64,000 nucleotides of DNA, taken from assembly GCA_002269645.1 (NCBI GenBank), contig NIVC01000224.1, positions 277,127-341,126 on the forward strand, read 5' to 3'. The first letter of the stretch is position 1. Each line of letters begins with the position of its first letter. Origin of the DNA: Macrostomum lignano (lineage: Eukaryota). Below, piece by piece: positions 25,125-37,780 of the stretch. Below the pieces are notes generated by a model that did no database searches, was not told the origin of the DNA, and worked only from the letters and a program-made list of their open reading frames with translations. The position numbers were made by a program, and so were the translations under genes.

Positions 25125-26070
25125 GTTGTAGCGCGTTTTTTGTGGCGCCGTAGCGCCGTTTTGTTTCTTTTAGCGCCGATTCTTTGTGGCGCCGATTCTT
25201 TGTGGCGCCGATTCTTTGTGGCGCCGATTCTTTGTGGCGCCGATTCTTTGTGGCGCCGATTCTTTGTGGCGCCGATTCTTTGTGGCGCCGATTCTTTGTG
25301 GCGCCAATTCTTTGTGGCGCCGATTCTTTGTGGCGCCGATTCTTTGCGGCGCCGATTCTTTGTGGCGCCGATTCTTTGTGGCGCCGAATCTTTGTGGCGC
25401 CCATTCTTTGTGGCGCCGATTCTTTGTGGCGCCCATTCTTTGTGGCGCCGATTCTTTGTGGCGCCGATTCTTTGTGGCGCCGATTCTTTGTGGCGCCCAT
25501 TCTTTGTGGCGCCGATTCTTTGTGGCGCCGATTCTTTGTGGCGCCGATTCTTTGTGGCGCCGATTCTTTGTGGCGCCGATTCTTTGTGGCGCCGATTCTT
25601 TGTGGCGCCGATTCTTTGTGGCGCCGATTCTTTGTGGCGCCGATTCTTTGTGGCGCCGATTCTTTGTGGCGCCAATTCTTTGTGGCGCCGATTCTCTGTA
25701 GCGCCGATTCTCTGTAGCGCCGATTCTTTGTGGCGCCGATTCTTTGTGGCGCCGATTCTTTGTGGCGCCGATTCTCTGTAGCGCCGATTCTTTGCGGCGC
25801 CGATTCTTTGTGGCGCCGATTCTCTGTAGCGCCGATTCTTTGCGGCGCCGATTCTTTGCGGCGCCGATTCTTTGTGGCGCCGATTCTTTGTTGTGCCAAT
25901 TCTTTGTGCGCCGATTCTTTGTGGCGCCGATTCTTTGTGGCGCCGATTCTTTGTGGCGCATTCTTTGTGGCGCCGATTCTTTGTGGCGCCGATTCTTTGT
26001 GGCGCCGATTCTTTGTGGCGCTGATTCATTGGGGCGCCGATTCTTTGTGGCGCTGATTCTTTGTGGCGCT
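25125..26070. repeat. 16-bp minisatellite
   Basis: Unit gtggcgccgattcttt. Confidence 0.96.
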
Positions 26071-26904
26071 ATTTAAGGAATGCCTTCAAGCGTTCGAGAC
26101 GTCTCGTCCCACACCGTCAAGCCAGTCCGAGTCCTTCGCCACCCACTTATGTCGAAATTTCTTATTGACAGAAACCGACAAGCGAAAGAAAAATTTAGTA
26201 GACCAGAACAGCGAGAATGTTGTTCCCAGCTTGCGCCCGAATGATTTCTAATAGCGGCGCGTTCATGGACTGCTACAAACTAAACAAGGTCTATGGATTG
26301 GAAAGCGCTTATCAGAGTGGATAGATCTCTCATTTAGTAGTCCTTGGTTCTTCAATTTTCATTCCAGTCGAACCGTCATCCAAGAATCTGGGATGCAGAG
26401 CCAGGGGGGAAGGGAAGGGGGCTTGGCAAGAACACGGGTTGTTTTCTTCTGGCGAATTTCTAAATTCCTCCTCCTCTTTTGCGACGAAAGAAAATTGCAG
26501 GAAATCCAGCTGGCTGCACAGTTTCAGGGTGACAGGGACTGCCAAGAGGATTAGCTGGACTGAAAAAAGCCGAATCGAAACTCTGCTGACAGAAGATTGA
26601 ATTGAATCATAGAGCCAGAGAAATTTCCTACAAAAAGAGACTGAGGCTCCTTTTCGGTTCCAATAGCACCTTCGGTCGAGGGAATTAACGGATAGAGAAT
26701 AGCGAAGTTGAGAAAGCTTTCAATGGTTTCAGAGGCTTGAGTTCCTCTTTTCAAATTAGGCTCGCTCGATTCAAGGGGATCTACGTAATATATAGATTAC
26801 GTAGACTTCATAACTTCAACTTCATACAACTTCACAAGCTGGAAACTTCACAAATTTTAAACTCCACAAACTTTAAACTTCACAACATTGAAACTTCAAA
26901 AGCT

Positions 26905-27470
26905 CGAAACATCCCAAGCTCGAAACTTCACAAGCTCGAATCCTCTTCACAAGCTCGAATCTTCACAAGCTCGAATCTTCACAAGCTCGAATCTTCACAA
27001 GCTCGAATCTTCACAAGCTCGAATCCTCTTCACAAGCTCGAATCCTCTTCACAAGCTCGAATCTTCACAAGCTCGAATCTTCACAAGCTCGAATCTTCAC
27101 AAGCTCGAATCCTCTTCACAAGCTCGAATCCTCTTCACAAGCTCGAATCTTCACAAGCTCGAATCCTCTTCACAAGCTCGAATCTTCACAAGCTCGAATC
27201 CTCTTCACAAGCTCGAATCCTCTTCACAAGCTCGAATCTTCACAAGCTCGAATCTTCACAAGCTCAAATCTTCACAAGCTCGAATCTTCACAAGCTCGAA
27301 TCCTCTTCACAAGCTCGAATCTTCACAAGCTCGAAACTTCACAAGCTCGAATCTTCACAAGCTCGAATCTTCACAAGCTCGAAATTTCACAAGCTCGAAA
27401 TTTCACAAGCTCGAAACTTCACAAACCTGAAACTTCACAAGCTCGAAACTTCACAAGCTCGAAACTTCAA
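26905..27470. repeat. 16/19-bp mixed minisatellite
   Basis: Units cacaagctcgaatctt and cacaagctcgaatcctctt. Confidence 0.94.
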
Positions 27471-27620
27471 AAGCTTTAGCGAACATTTACTTTGGCTAGT
27501 GCACAACATAAACAAATTTAACAGTGTTAAAGTTTCCAACCTTCAGTCGAACTAAAGATTTTTTAAAAGTTTTTAAATGGTGCTGCGTTACAATTCGAAT
27601 GATGTGCATAGACTTCTAAA

Positions 27621-27686
27621 ACTAGCGTCTGGACTAGAGCAGACTCTCCTGCCAGAGGTCCTGGGTTCGATTCGGCGCGCGGCTAA
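27621..27686 (+). pseudogene. Degenerate tRNA-like fragment or SINE head
   Basis: A-box-like TAGCGTCTGGACTAGAGC and B box GGTTCGATTC (27664-27673). T and anticodon stems do not pair, so not a functional tRNA. Confidence 0.45.
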
Positions 27687-27755
27687 ATTGACACCGAGAA
27701 TCGCATTAAAATTGATATTTTTTCTCTATGCACCGCTGCCTCATCATCCCCGCAG

Positions 27756-28129
27756 ACTATTATCACTTCAAGGATGATCAGCCCAGCGAGCAGCTGCTCA
27801 AAACATTCGAGCTGAAGCACTTCGGTCCCGACGTTGTCTACCGAGCATTGCAGCAGGAACCGCCTGCTTCTGCGACAGCCGCCGCCGCCGCGGTGACACG
27901 ATCGCCGTGCAGTCGCTCCAGTCGTCATCAGCCCTACCAGACGCTGATGTACCATCGGCAGAATTCTCAGGCTAGGAGAGCTACGCTGCGCCACCAGCCG
28001 GTCAGCTGCTTTACTGACGCTACCGACGATGCCGATGCGGTGTTCTATCAGCCCGGTAGGAAGTCGCTGCACCGGTCGGAGTCCGACCTGCCCGCTGCTA
28101 ACTCTGGACGAACGTCACAGAGACGTCAA

Positions 28130-28160
<31 letters not shown>

Positions 28161-28282
28161 AACAGCACCAGAAGACGTCTTCTTCAGCGTTTCATCAACC
28201 AAGTAGAAGCCTTCGCACCATCGATGGCAGTTGGGGCACCCCGCTCAAGCCTTACCCGTCAGTGCAGGCCAGCTATGTGTGA
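27756..28282 (+). CDS. Protocadherin last exon; C-terminus ...QASYV*
   Basis: catccccgcag|AC, phase 1; GC-rich coding-like composition with polyQ; ends in an S-x-V class I PDZ-binding motif. Confidence 0.72.
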
Positions 28283-28440
28283 GCCGAGCGCGCGTTTAGA
28301 CAATGGTGCTTTCCGGATTGTAGCGAGCGTAAATCATATTAAAAACATTGAATTTTTAGGCAGTAAATTTTTTGTTGGTTAATAAGCTTTCCCTCTGAAA
28401 ATAACTTTGACTGAACTTCTAAACCATATTAAATTTTTAC

Positions 28441-30597
28441 CCCAGTCCCCGCGTAGCCACCAACCCCCTCAAACACCCCAGCCACCGCGTAGCCACCAAC
28501 CCCCTCAAACACCCCAGTCCCCGCGTAGCCACCAACCCCCTCAAACACCCCAGTCCCCGCGTAGACACCAACCCCCTCAAACACCCCAGTCACCGCGTAG
28601 CCACCAACCCCCTCAAACACCCCAGTCCCCGCGTAGCCTCCAACTCCCTCAAACACCCCAGTCCCCGCGTAGCCACCAACCCCCTCAAACACCCCAGTCC
28701 TTGCGTAGCCACCAACCCCCTCAAACACCCCAGCCCTTGCGTAGCCACCAACCCCCTCAAACACCCCAGTACTTGCGTAGCCACCAACCCCCTCAAACAC
28801 CCCAGTCCCCGCGTAGACACCAACCCCCTCAAACACCCCAGTCCCCGCGTAGCCACCAACCCCCTCAAACACTCCAGTCCCCGCGTAGCCACCAACCCCC
28901 TCAAACACCCCAGTCCCCGCGTAGCCACCAACCCCCTCAAACACCCCAGTCCCCGCGTAGACACCAACCCCCTCAAACACCCCAGTCCCCGCGTAGCCAC
29001 CAACCCCCTCAAACACCCCAGCCCTTGCGTAGCCACCAACCCCCTCAAACACCCCAGTCCCCGAGTAGCCACCAACCCCCTCAAACACCCCAGCCCTTGC
29101 GTAGCCACCAACCCCCTCAAACACCCCAGTCACCGCGTAGCCACCGACCCCCTCAAACACCCCAGTCCCCGCGTAGCCACCAACCCCCTCAAACACCCCA
29201 GTCCCCGCGTAGCCACCAACCCCCTCAAACACCCCAGTCCCCGCGTAGCCACCAACCCCCTCAAACACCCCAGTCCCCGCGTAGCCACCAACCCCCTCAA
29301 ACACCCCAGTCCCCGCGTAGACACCAACCCCCTCAAACACCCCAGTCACCGCGTAGCCACCAACCCCCTCAAACACCCCAGTCCCCGCGTAGCCTCCAAC
29401 TCCCTCAAACACCCCAGTCCCCGCGTAGCCACCAACCCCCTCAAACACCCCAGTCCTTGCGTAGCCACCAACCCCCTCAAACACCCCAGCCCTTGCGTAG
29501 CCACCAACCCCCTCAAACACCCCAGTCCCCGCGTAGACACCAACCCCCTCAAACACCCCAGTACTTGCGTAGCCACCAACCCCCTCAAACACCCCAGTCA
29601 CCGCGTAGCCACCAACCCCCTCAAACACCCCAGTCCCCGCGTAGCCACCAACCCCCTCAAACACCCCAGTCCCCGCGTAGCCACCAACCCCCTCAAACAC
29701 CCCAGTCCCCGCGTAGCCACCAACCCTCTCAAACACCCCAGTCCCCGCGTAGCCACCAACCCCTCAAACACCCCAGTCCCCGCGTAGCCACCAACCCCCT
29801 CAAACACCCCAGTCCCCGCGTAGCCACCACCCCCTCAAACACCCCAGTCACCGCGTAGCCACCAACCCCCTCAAACACCCCAGTCCCCGCGTAGCCTCCA
29901 ACTCCCTCAAACACCCCAGTCCCCGCGTAGCCACCAACCCCCTCAAACACCCCAGTCCTTGCGTAGCCACCAACCCCCTCAAACACCCCAGCCCTTGCGT
30001 AGCCACCAACCCCCTCAAACACCCCAGTACTTGCGTAGCCACCAACCCCCTCAAACACCCCAGTCCCCGCGTAGACACCAACCCCCTCAAACACCCCAGT
30101 ACTTGCGTAGCCACCAACCCCCTCAAACACCCCAGTCCCCGCGTAGACACCAACCCCCTCAAACACTCCAGTCCCCGCGTAGCCACCAACCCCCTCAAAC
30201 ACCCCAGCCCTTGCGTAGCCACCAACCCCCTCAAACACCCCAGTACTTGCGTAGCCACCAACCCCCTCAAACACCCCAGCCCTTGCGTAGCCACCAACCC
30301 CCTCAAACACCCCAGTCCCCGCGTAGCCACCAACCCCCTCAGACACCCCAGTCCCCGCGTAGCCACCAACCCCCTCAAACACCCCAGTACTTGCGTAGCC
30401 ACCAACCCCCTCAAACACCCCAGCCCTTGCGTAGCCACCAACCCCCTCAAACACCCCAGTCCCCGCGTAGCCACCAACCCCCTCAAACACCCCAGTCCCC
30501 GCGTAGCCACCAACCCCCTCAAACACCCCAGCCCTTGCGTAGCCACCAACCCCCTCAAACACCCCAGTCCCCGCGTAGCCACCAACCCCCTCAGACA
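28441..30597. repeat. 36-bp C-rich minisatellite, about 60 copies
   Basis: Unit cccagtccccgcgtagccaccaaccccctcaaacac. Confidence 0.97.
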
Positions 30598-31678
30598 CTA
30601 GAGTCCTCTGAACAACTTAGGCAGTCACATCGCCCGTCGGTTAAAGTTACGCAGGCATTCAAAGAAGAGCATTGAGCACTTCACACATGCGCCAATATTT
30701 CTTTCTACAGCACAATCAAAAATACGATCATGTTACTACGTGTACAGCTTGCAAAATTGTTTAACCTGCACATTCACTGGTTTAAAAAGTGTTGTTAAAA
30801 TTATGTTAATTAGTTAAGCTGCATCGAAAAAACTACTTTCTGTAACTATATTATTATACTATAATATAATTGGTTACTTAAATTCTCTGCTCCTTTCTGC
30901 ACTTTTTTTCTAAAAGTACACACTTCACTTTAACACATTGTATTTCATTGTTTGTCACAAAGTTTTTTTTCTTACATTTGAAATTAAATCAAATTAGGTT
31001 GTCAGAACGTAAATTGAATTTGCTGACTGAAATATAAACTTTTTTTTATTTATGTAATACTTATAATTCTTTAGTGCAAGTTATGATACATCGGGAAATA
31101 CCCGATTTGAGAGATTTGGGATCAAATGAAAATCTTCAAGTGTAAATTAAAAGATACAGAACTTTGCACTTTGCATCGTCCGAAACATCCATAAACATCA
31201 ATACAAACCTTTGGAAACATCGTCCCACAGTTCTGAGACAACACGCTCCTTGGTTGCAAGAATTTAACTTAATACAAAATACAGTGAAATATTCAAAGTT
31301 GAGAGTTGAAACGCAATGAGATGAAGTTCAATCATGAAGTTTCCATGCACCACACACCATGCAGTTTCTCATTCTGTTGAGAAATAAAAAAATTTTATAA
31401 TTCTTCTGCGCAGAACTTGCGCAGCGCAGAAGGCTGAGTGAAAGTTCCGAACTTATAAACCGCAGTCGTATAGTTGTTAGCCCTCCACTCGAAAGCTCTT
31501 TTAAACTGCTGACTTTCAAAAACTGTGTCTCTACTATGTGCGATCTTGCAGTTGGGAAAAATTCTTTTCCAAGTGTCAGTTCGAAATTTGATTTTTTTCA
31601 ATGCATTCAGAAATGAATTTCTGAAGATTTTTGAAGCACTGATGCAAAATCTTTCTTTAGGCTCATCCATATCTAAAA

Positions 31679-32330
31679 TGAGTCATGCCTGTCTATAATG
31701 AGTCATGCCTGTCTATAATGAGTCATGCCTGTCTATAATTAGTCATGCCTGTCTATAATGAGTCATGCTTGTCTATAATTAGTCATGCCTGTCTATAATG
31801 AGTCATGCCTGTCTATAATGAATCATGCCTGTCTATAATGAGTCATACCTGTCTATAATGAGTCATGCCTGTCTATAATGAGTCATGCCTGTCTATAATG
31901 AGTCATGTCTGTCTATAATGAGTCATGCCTGTCTATAATGAGTCATGCCTGTCTATAATGAGTCATGCCTGTCTATATTGAGTCATGCCTGTCTATAATG
32001 AGTCATGCCTGTCTATAATGATTCATGCCTGTCTATAATGAATCATGCTTGTCTATAATGAGTCATACCTGTCTATAATGAGTCATGCCTGTCTATAATG
32101 AGTCATGCCTGTCTATAATGAGTCATGCTTGTCTATAATGAGTCATGCTTGTTATGAGCCATGCTTGTCTATAATGACTCACGCATGTCTATAATGAGTC
32201 ATGCTTATCTATAGTGAGTCATGACAGTCTATAAGAAGTCATCACTGTCTATAACGAGTCATGACTGTCTATATTGAGTCATGCATGTCTATAATGAGTT
32301 ATGCTAGTCTACGAGTATAATGAGTCATGC
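31679..32330. repeat. 20-bp minisatellite containing ATGAGTCAT
   Basis: Unit agtcatgcctgtctataatg. Confidence 0.95.
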
Positions 32331-32344
32331 AGGTCATACTAATT

Positions 32345-32730
32345 GGTCATACAGGTAGATACCATACTAATGAGTCGTGGGTGCCACACTAATGAGTCAT
32401 GGGAGCCATACTAATGAGTCAAGGGTGCTATACATATGAGTCATGGGTGCCATACTAATGAGTCATGGGAGCCATACTTATGAGTAATGGGTGCCATACC
32501 AATGAGTCATGGGTGCTATACTAAAGAGTCATGGGTGCTATACTAAAGAGTCATGGGTGCTATACTAAAGAGTCATGGGTGCTATACTAAAGAGTCATGG
32601 GTGCTATACTAATGAGTCATGGGTGCCATACTAATGAGTCATGGGTGCCATACTAATGAGTCATGGGTGCCATACTAATGAGTCATGGGTGCCATACTAA
32701 TGAGTCATGGGTGCGCCTTACTAATGAGTT
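32345..32730. repeat. 22-bp minisatellite containing ATGAGTCAT
   Basis: Unit gagtcatgggtgccatactaat. Confidence 0.93.
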
Positions 32731-33862
32731 AGTGGTGGCAGTCACACAGTTACTAGGTCATAAAGAAAATAAGTAGCTTATGTCTAGAAATCCTCCTATA
32801 GATTAGTACAACACAGGCACAGATGCAGTAATTGCAATCGAATTTTGATCAAAGCATACTTTATAATTATCATAAAGCAAACTAGATTAGAACGAAGAAT
32901 GAAGATGACTCTCTCTAAGAAACATTCAAATATTTTCTGAATAATCCATTTCCTCGATTGTGTCTCATCTGCTTTCTCATCCCCTAACTAAGTTAGCCAG
33001 ACTTGTTGCATAGTAAACAGTTACATCACTTTTACATCTGTGTCTTCAATTCTAGACCTCAGTTTTTTGGTTAGAAAATTCTATATGCATGGAACAGTTT
33101 CAATTTTCTTTATGTGCAGCAATCTCAGTCTTAGCATTTCAAACATTTTCGTATTTCAGATTCCGTCAAAATACTTAGTGTACTAAAATATGTGACCTGC
33201 TTTGCTTCTAGAAGGGTTAATGAACTGTAAAGAAATTCTACATTGATTTCAATTAGCTTTAGGTTAATAATGTAGAACACTGGGGCGGGGGGCAAGCTGT
33301 TCGGCTTGTTGGTCACACTTTATTTGCCACTCTTAAGCAACCCGACCATAACGCAGAGCCGCACGGCATGTGTAAAAAGCTCCCTTTCTGCTTTTGCTAT
33401 TCTGTCTGTAATTGAATTATTTTATTCAATGTTTGGGCCCTTTTTTATTGATCGTGATGGCGGAAATGCGACTTCTGATGAATTTGGCAGTCAGTTGGTG
33501 ACTCAACTACTATATTTAAAGACAGGCCCGCTGCACACAGCTGGGAACGGTTAGCTTCAGCTTGAAAACAATTTAGTCGAATATTTCATATAATTGGGTA
33601 GAGAATTTATAAAAACTTCAGCACTTTAAAATTGTTAATTTATTTAATGAGTTTCGTATTGTCATCTTAGTTCGCGATCTACAAGACAGTTACGCTCGTA
33701 CACAGGTCAGTTTTTTAAGCTTCTTTTCCTTATTTTGTTCGCAGTTTAAAAGGTTGCAACTTAGCAACATTCTACTTGTAGTAGAAATATGTGCAAAAAT
33801 TAGTTCAAATTAAAATTAAATATTTAAATTGATTCATTGAAACAATTCCCAATCTCGAAAGT

Positions 33863-34018
33863 TCAACGCGACGATGGAGTCGACGAGTGCGGATGCTGGT
33901 GCTGGTGCAGAGGCTCAGTGTCCTCGGCCACCGCGCCAGCCGGAATGTTCACCTTGTTAGAAACCAGAACGTCAGCTTGAACTGGCGTCATGTCAACGTA
34001 GAGAGCCTCAGCGTTAGA
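33863..34018 (-). CDS. ARMH1: ARMH1 exon 4 with stop
   Basis: tttttttcag|SNAEALYVDMTPVQADVLVSNKVNI ~ human [25 protein letters not shown]. TGA at 33863. Confidence 0.9.
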   Translation of the reverse strand, partial: SNAEALYVDMTPVQADVLVSNKVNIPAGAVAEDTEPLHQHQHPHSSTPSSR

Positions 34019-34463
34019 CTGAAAAAAATTTATTGGTTTAATTCAAGATCACTGAATAGAGCGCATAGCAGAAATCAATACACTTTTCTCTACCCTTCTC
34101 TGGTCCGTCCTGCGCAATCCCAGTTTTTTAGCCCTACTTGAGCCCACTACCCTACGACCAGCACAATGCCACAACCCTCAAACCCCCGGTTTCTCAACCC
34201 TCATGGGCCCACCTCCTTATACCTTCCAACACCAACCCCCCACTTTTCTTACCCCCATTTGGGCCCACCACCTCACACCGCGTCCAACACACCCCAATTT
34301 TCTACCCCATTTGGGCCCACCACCTCACACCGCGTCCAACATCCACCCCCACTTTTCCTAGCACTCCTTGTGCCGACCACCTCATGGACGCCCAGCACAA
34401 CTCACACTGTCAAATTCTTCAACAGGAGCTGAGCCTGCATAGCTTCGTACATGTAACACTCAC

Positions 34464-34808
34464 CATAAACTGATCATAGAGCGCCTGTCCCATAGCCTCG
34501 CGCACGTGCTCATCAACGATAGGCAGTTTCCGACAGAGGAACTCCAGCGCAACAGATGCCTGCCTCTGGCTATCGGCATGGTCCAAGTTGCCCATAGCGA
34601 ACATCAGATGATGGACAGCTCGCAGATAGACAAGTCGATCACAGATTCTATCCGACTGTCTAGCCAATTCGCCGATGCATTTCGCCGCGGCAGCCTGTTG
34701 AACGTAGATTGGCATCGGCGTGCTGCCGGCGTCGCCAGCGTCGCCGACTCCGCCAGACTGTTCCGCCCGGCTGGTGTCGCGATTTGGTCGGAGAAGTGTC
34801 ACTACGGC
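34464..34808 (-). CDS. ARMH1: ARMH1 exon 3
   Basis: QQAAAAKCIGELAR...YLRAVHHLMFAMGNLDHADSQR ~ human QQAAAAKAIGVLAR...[22 protein letters not shown]. aag| acceptor, |gtgagt donor. Confidence 0.9.
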
Positions 34809-34894
34809 CTTGGATTTGGATAAAATGCGGAAAATTGTATCAACTTACATCAGGGAATCAGTTAACGTGGCGCACCCCTGCTTTTCAACTGTTC

Positions 34895-35790
34895 AGAATC
34901 AACAACACCCCATTTCTCTACCCATGAGAATCAACAACACCCCATTTCTCTACAGATGAGAATCAACAACACCCCATTTCTCTACCCATGAGAATCAACA
35001 ACACCCCATTTCTCTAATCATGAGAATCAACAACACACCATTTCTCTACAGATGAGAATCAACAACACCCCATTTCTCTACCCATGATAATCAACAACAC
35101 CCCATTTCTCTACCCACGAGAATCAACAACACCCCATTTCTCTACCCATGAGAATCAACAACACCCCATTTCTCTACCCATGAGAATCAACAACAGCCCA
35201 CTTTTCTACCCACGAGAATCAACAACAGCCCACTTTTCTACCCATGAGAATCAACAACACCCCATTTCTCTACCCATGAGAATCAACAACACCCCATTTC
35301 TCTACCCACGAGAATCAACAACACCCCATTTCTCTACCCATGAGAATCAACAACACCCCATTTCTCTACCCATGAGAATCAACAACACCCCATTTCTCTA
35401 CCCATGAGAATCAACAACAGCCCACTTTTCTACCCATGAGAATCAACAACAGCCCACTTTTCTACCCATGAGAATCAACAACACCCCATTTCTCTACCCA
35501 TGAGAATCAACAACACCCCATTTCTCTACCCACGAGAATCAACAACACCCCATTTCTCTACCCATGAGAATCAACAACACCCCATTTCTCTACCAACGAG
35601 AATCAACAACACCCCATTTCTCTACCCATGAGAATCAACAACACCCCATTTCTCTACCCACGAGAATCAACAACACCCCTTTTCTCTACCCATGAGAATC
35701 AACAACACCCCATTTCTCTACCCATGAGAATCAACAACAGCCCACTTTTCTACCCATGAGAGTCAACCCCCCTTTTTTACCCACGAGAAT
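34895..35790. repeat. 32-bp minisatellite (ARMH1 intron 2)
   Basis: Unit gagaatcaacaacaccccatttctctacccat. Confidence 0.96.
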
Positions 35791-35839
35791 AAACAACACC
35801 CTAACATATTCCAGAGAGATATATTTATTATATCAATAC

Positions 35840-36213
35840 CTGCAGCAAGTCGTCAGCAATATTGTAATGCATGAGCTCCTTAATGAACTCAATAGTAGCC
35901 GACTGCACCTCGAGATGCAGCGTGCTCAACAAATTTGTGAGCCGTTCGACAATGACAGGATTGGCGTGCTTGACAATTGGCTGAACGAATCGCAGAGTCT
36001 GCACGGCCATCTGCTGCGCAGTCGGCGAGGTGCACGGCAGCACAGCGATAAGGCCTTTGTAGACTTGCTCAACAAACCGAGCATTGCCATCGGCCAGAGA
36101 CTGGAGCAGGTAGCGGGCGGAGTCCTGAGTTCGCTCCGATTTTGATTTGGCCAAACATTCGGCCACGGCTCTGATTCCGTAGCTCTCGCAGATGATCTCC
36201 TTGTACTTGGTGC
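35840..36213 (-). CDS. ARMH1: ARMH1 exon 2
   Basis: YKEIICESYGIRAVAECLAKSKSE...VYKGLIAVLPC ~ human [24 protein letters not shown]...VYKGLIALLPC. Confidence 0.92.
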
Positions 36214-36287
36214 CTGAGCGGGGTTGCCGCGTTGAATTTGTGTTGTGATAAATTTTCAGTAGGGTTAACGAGGCCAATTCATCTTTG

Positions 36288-37262
36288 TGGGCGCCCCTGT
36301 CTCTTGTTGGGCGCCCCTGTCTCTCGGTGGTCGCCCCTGTCTCTCGGTGGGCGCCCCTGTCTCTCGGTGGTCGCCTCTGTCTCTCGGTGGGCGCCCCTGT
36401 CTCTCGGTGGTCGCCCCTGTCTCTCGGTGGTCACCCCTGTCTTTCGGTGGGCGCCCCTGTCTCTTGGTTGGGCGCCTAGCTCTGTCTCTCGGTGGGCGCC
36501 CCTGTCTCTCGGTGGTCGCCCCTGTCTCTTGGTGGGCGCCCCTGTCTCTCGGTGGTCGCCCCTGTCTCTCGGTGGGCGCCTCTGTCTCTCGGTGGGCGCC
36601 CCTGTCTCTTGGTGGGCGCCCCTGTCTCTTGGTTGGGCGCCCCTGTCTCTTGGTGGGCGCCCCTGTCTCTCGGTGGTCGCCCCTGTCTCTCGGTGGGCGC
36701 CCCTGTTTCTCGGTGGTCGCCCCTGTCTCTTGGTGGGCGCCCCTGTCTCTCGGTGGTCGCCTCTGTCTCTCGGTGGGCGCCCCTGTCTCTTGGTGGGCGC
36801 CCCTGTCTTTTGGTGGGTGCCCCTGTCTCTTGGTGGGCGCCCCTGTCTCTCGGTTGGGCGCCCCTGTCTCTCGGTGGGCGCCCCTGTCTCTCGGTGGTCG
36901 CCTCTGTCTCTCGGTGGGCGCCCCTGTCTCTTGGTGGGCGCCCCTGTCTTTTGGTGGGTGCCCCTGTCTCTTGGTGGGCGCCCCTGTCTCTCGGTTGGGC
37001 GCCCCTGTCTCTCGGTGGTCGCCCCTGTCTCTTGTTGGGCGCCCCTGTCTCTTGTTGGGCGCCCCTGTCTCTTGGTGGGCGCCCCTGTCTCTCGGTGGAC
37101 GCCCCTGTCTCTCGCTGGGCACCCCTGTCTTTTGGTGGGCGCCCCTGTCTCATGGTTGGGCGCTCCTGTCTCTTGTTGGGCGCCCCTGTCTCTCGGTGGG
37201 CGCCCCTGTCTCTTGGTTGGGCGCCCCTGTCTCTTGTTGGGCGCTCCTGTCTCTTTGTGGGC
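36288..37262. repeat. 20/21-bp minisatellite (ARMH1 intron 1)
   Basis: Unit gggcgcccctgtctctcggt. Confidence 0.96.
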
Positions 37263-37374
37263 ATCCCCTCTCTCTTAGTGTCATGGTGGGTCAAGCAGCA
37301 CAATGGACGAAGTTTCAATCGAAAGTAATCATAAAAATTAAAGAGACTTCTTCAAGTAGCACTTAGCAACGTAC

Positions 37375-37780
37375 CGGCGTTAGCAATGCACTGCAGAATC
37401 CTAATAGCCCAATCTTTGTCCTCCTCTTTAGCCTTCTTGAGTCCCAGCAGCTCCAGCAAGCACATGATGCCGCCATGCTCTAGAAATTCTATCATAAAAT
37501 TGTGACTTGTTGATGCGGATAGGAACAGGTGTATGGTCTCCAGCTGTTCTGTGACGCAGGTGCCAGTCATGTAGGTAAGCTTGAGCCAGACTGACACCCG
37601 GGCCAGAAATAAGCTGGCCATCTGGGCCAGCTCGAACTCCAACTCCGGACCCGACTTCTTCTGGTGCTGGTTGATAAAGTCTCGCAGGATGACCGATCGC
37701 TTAGCTTTGCTCGACTGATCCCACTCCCGCAGCATGTTCATGACATTCATTGTTGCTACTTCTTGCTTTGAGGAACCCAT
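37375..37780 (-). CDS. ARMH1: Armadillo-like helical domain protein 1, exon 1
   Basis: MLREWDQSSKAKRSVILRDFI...PELE.E..Q.ASLFL.R...TYMT ~ human [21 protein letters not shown]...PELEQEFSQGASLFLVR...TYMT. Donor G|gtacgt. Confidence 0.92.

Noticed and set aside
28407-30675. (SPRSHQPPQTPQ)n and (GVFEGVGGYAGT)n ORFs resembling structural proteins
   Set aside because: A 36-bp satellite open in several frames on both strands, with no signal peptide or splice support.
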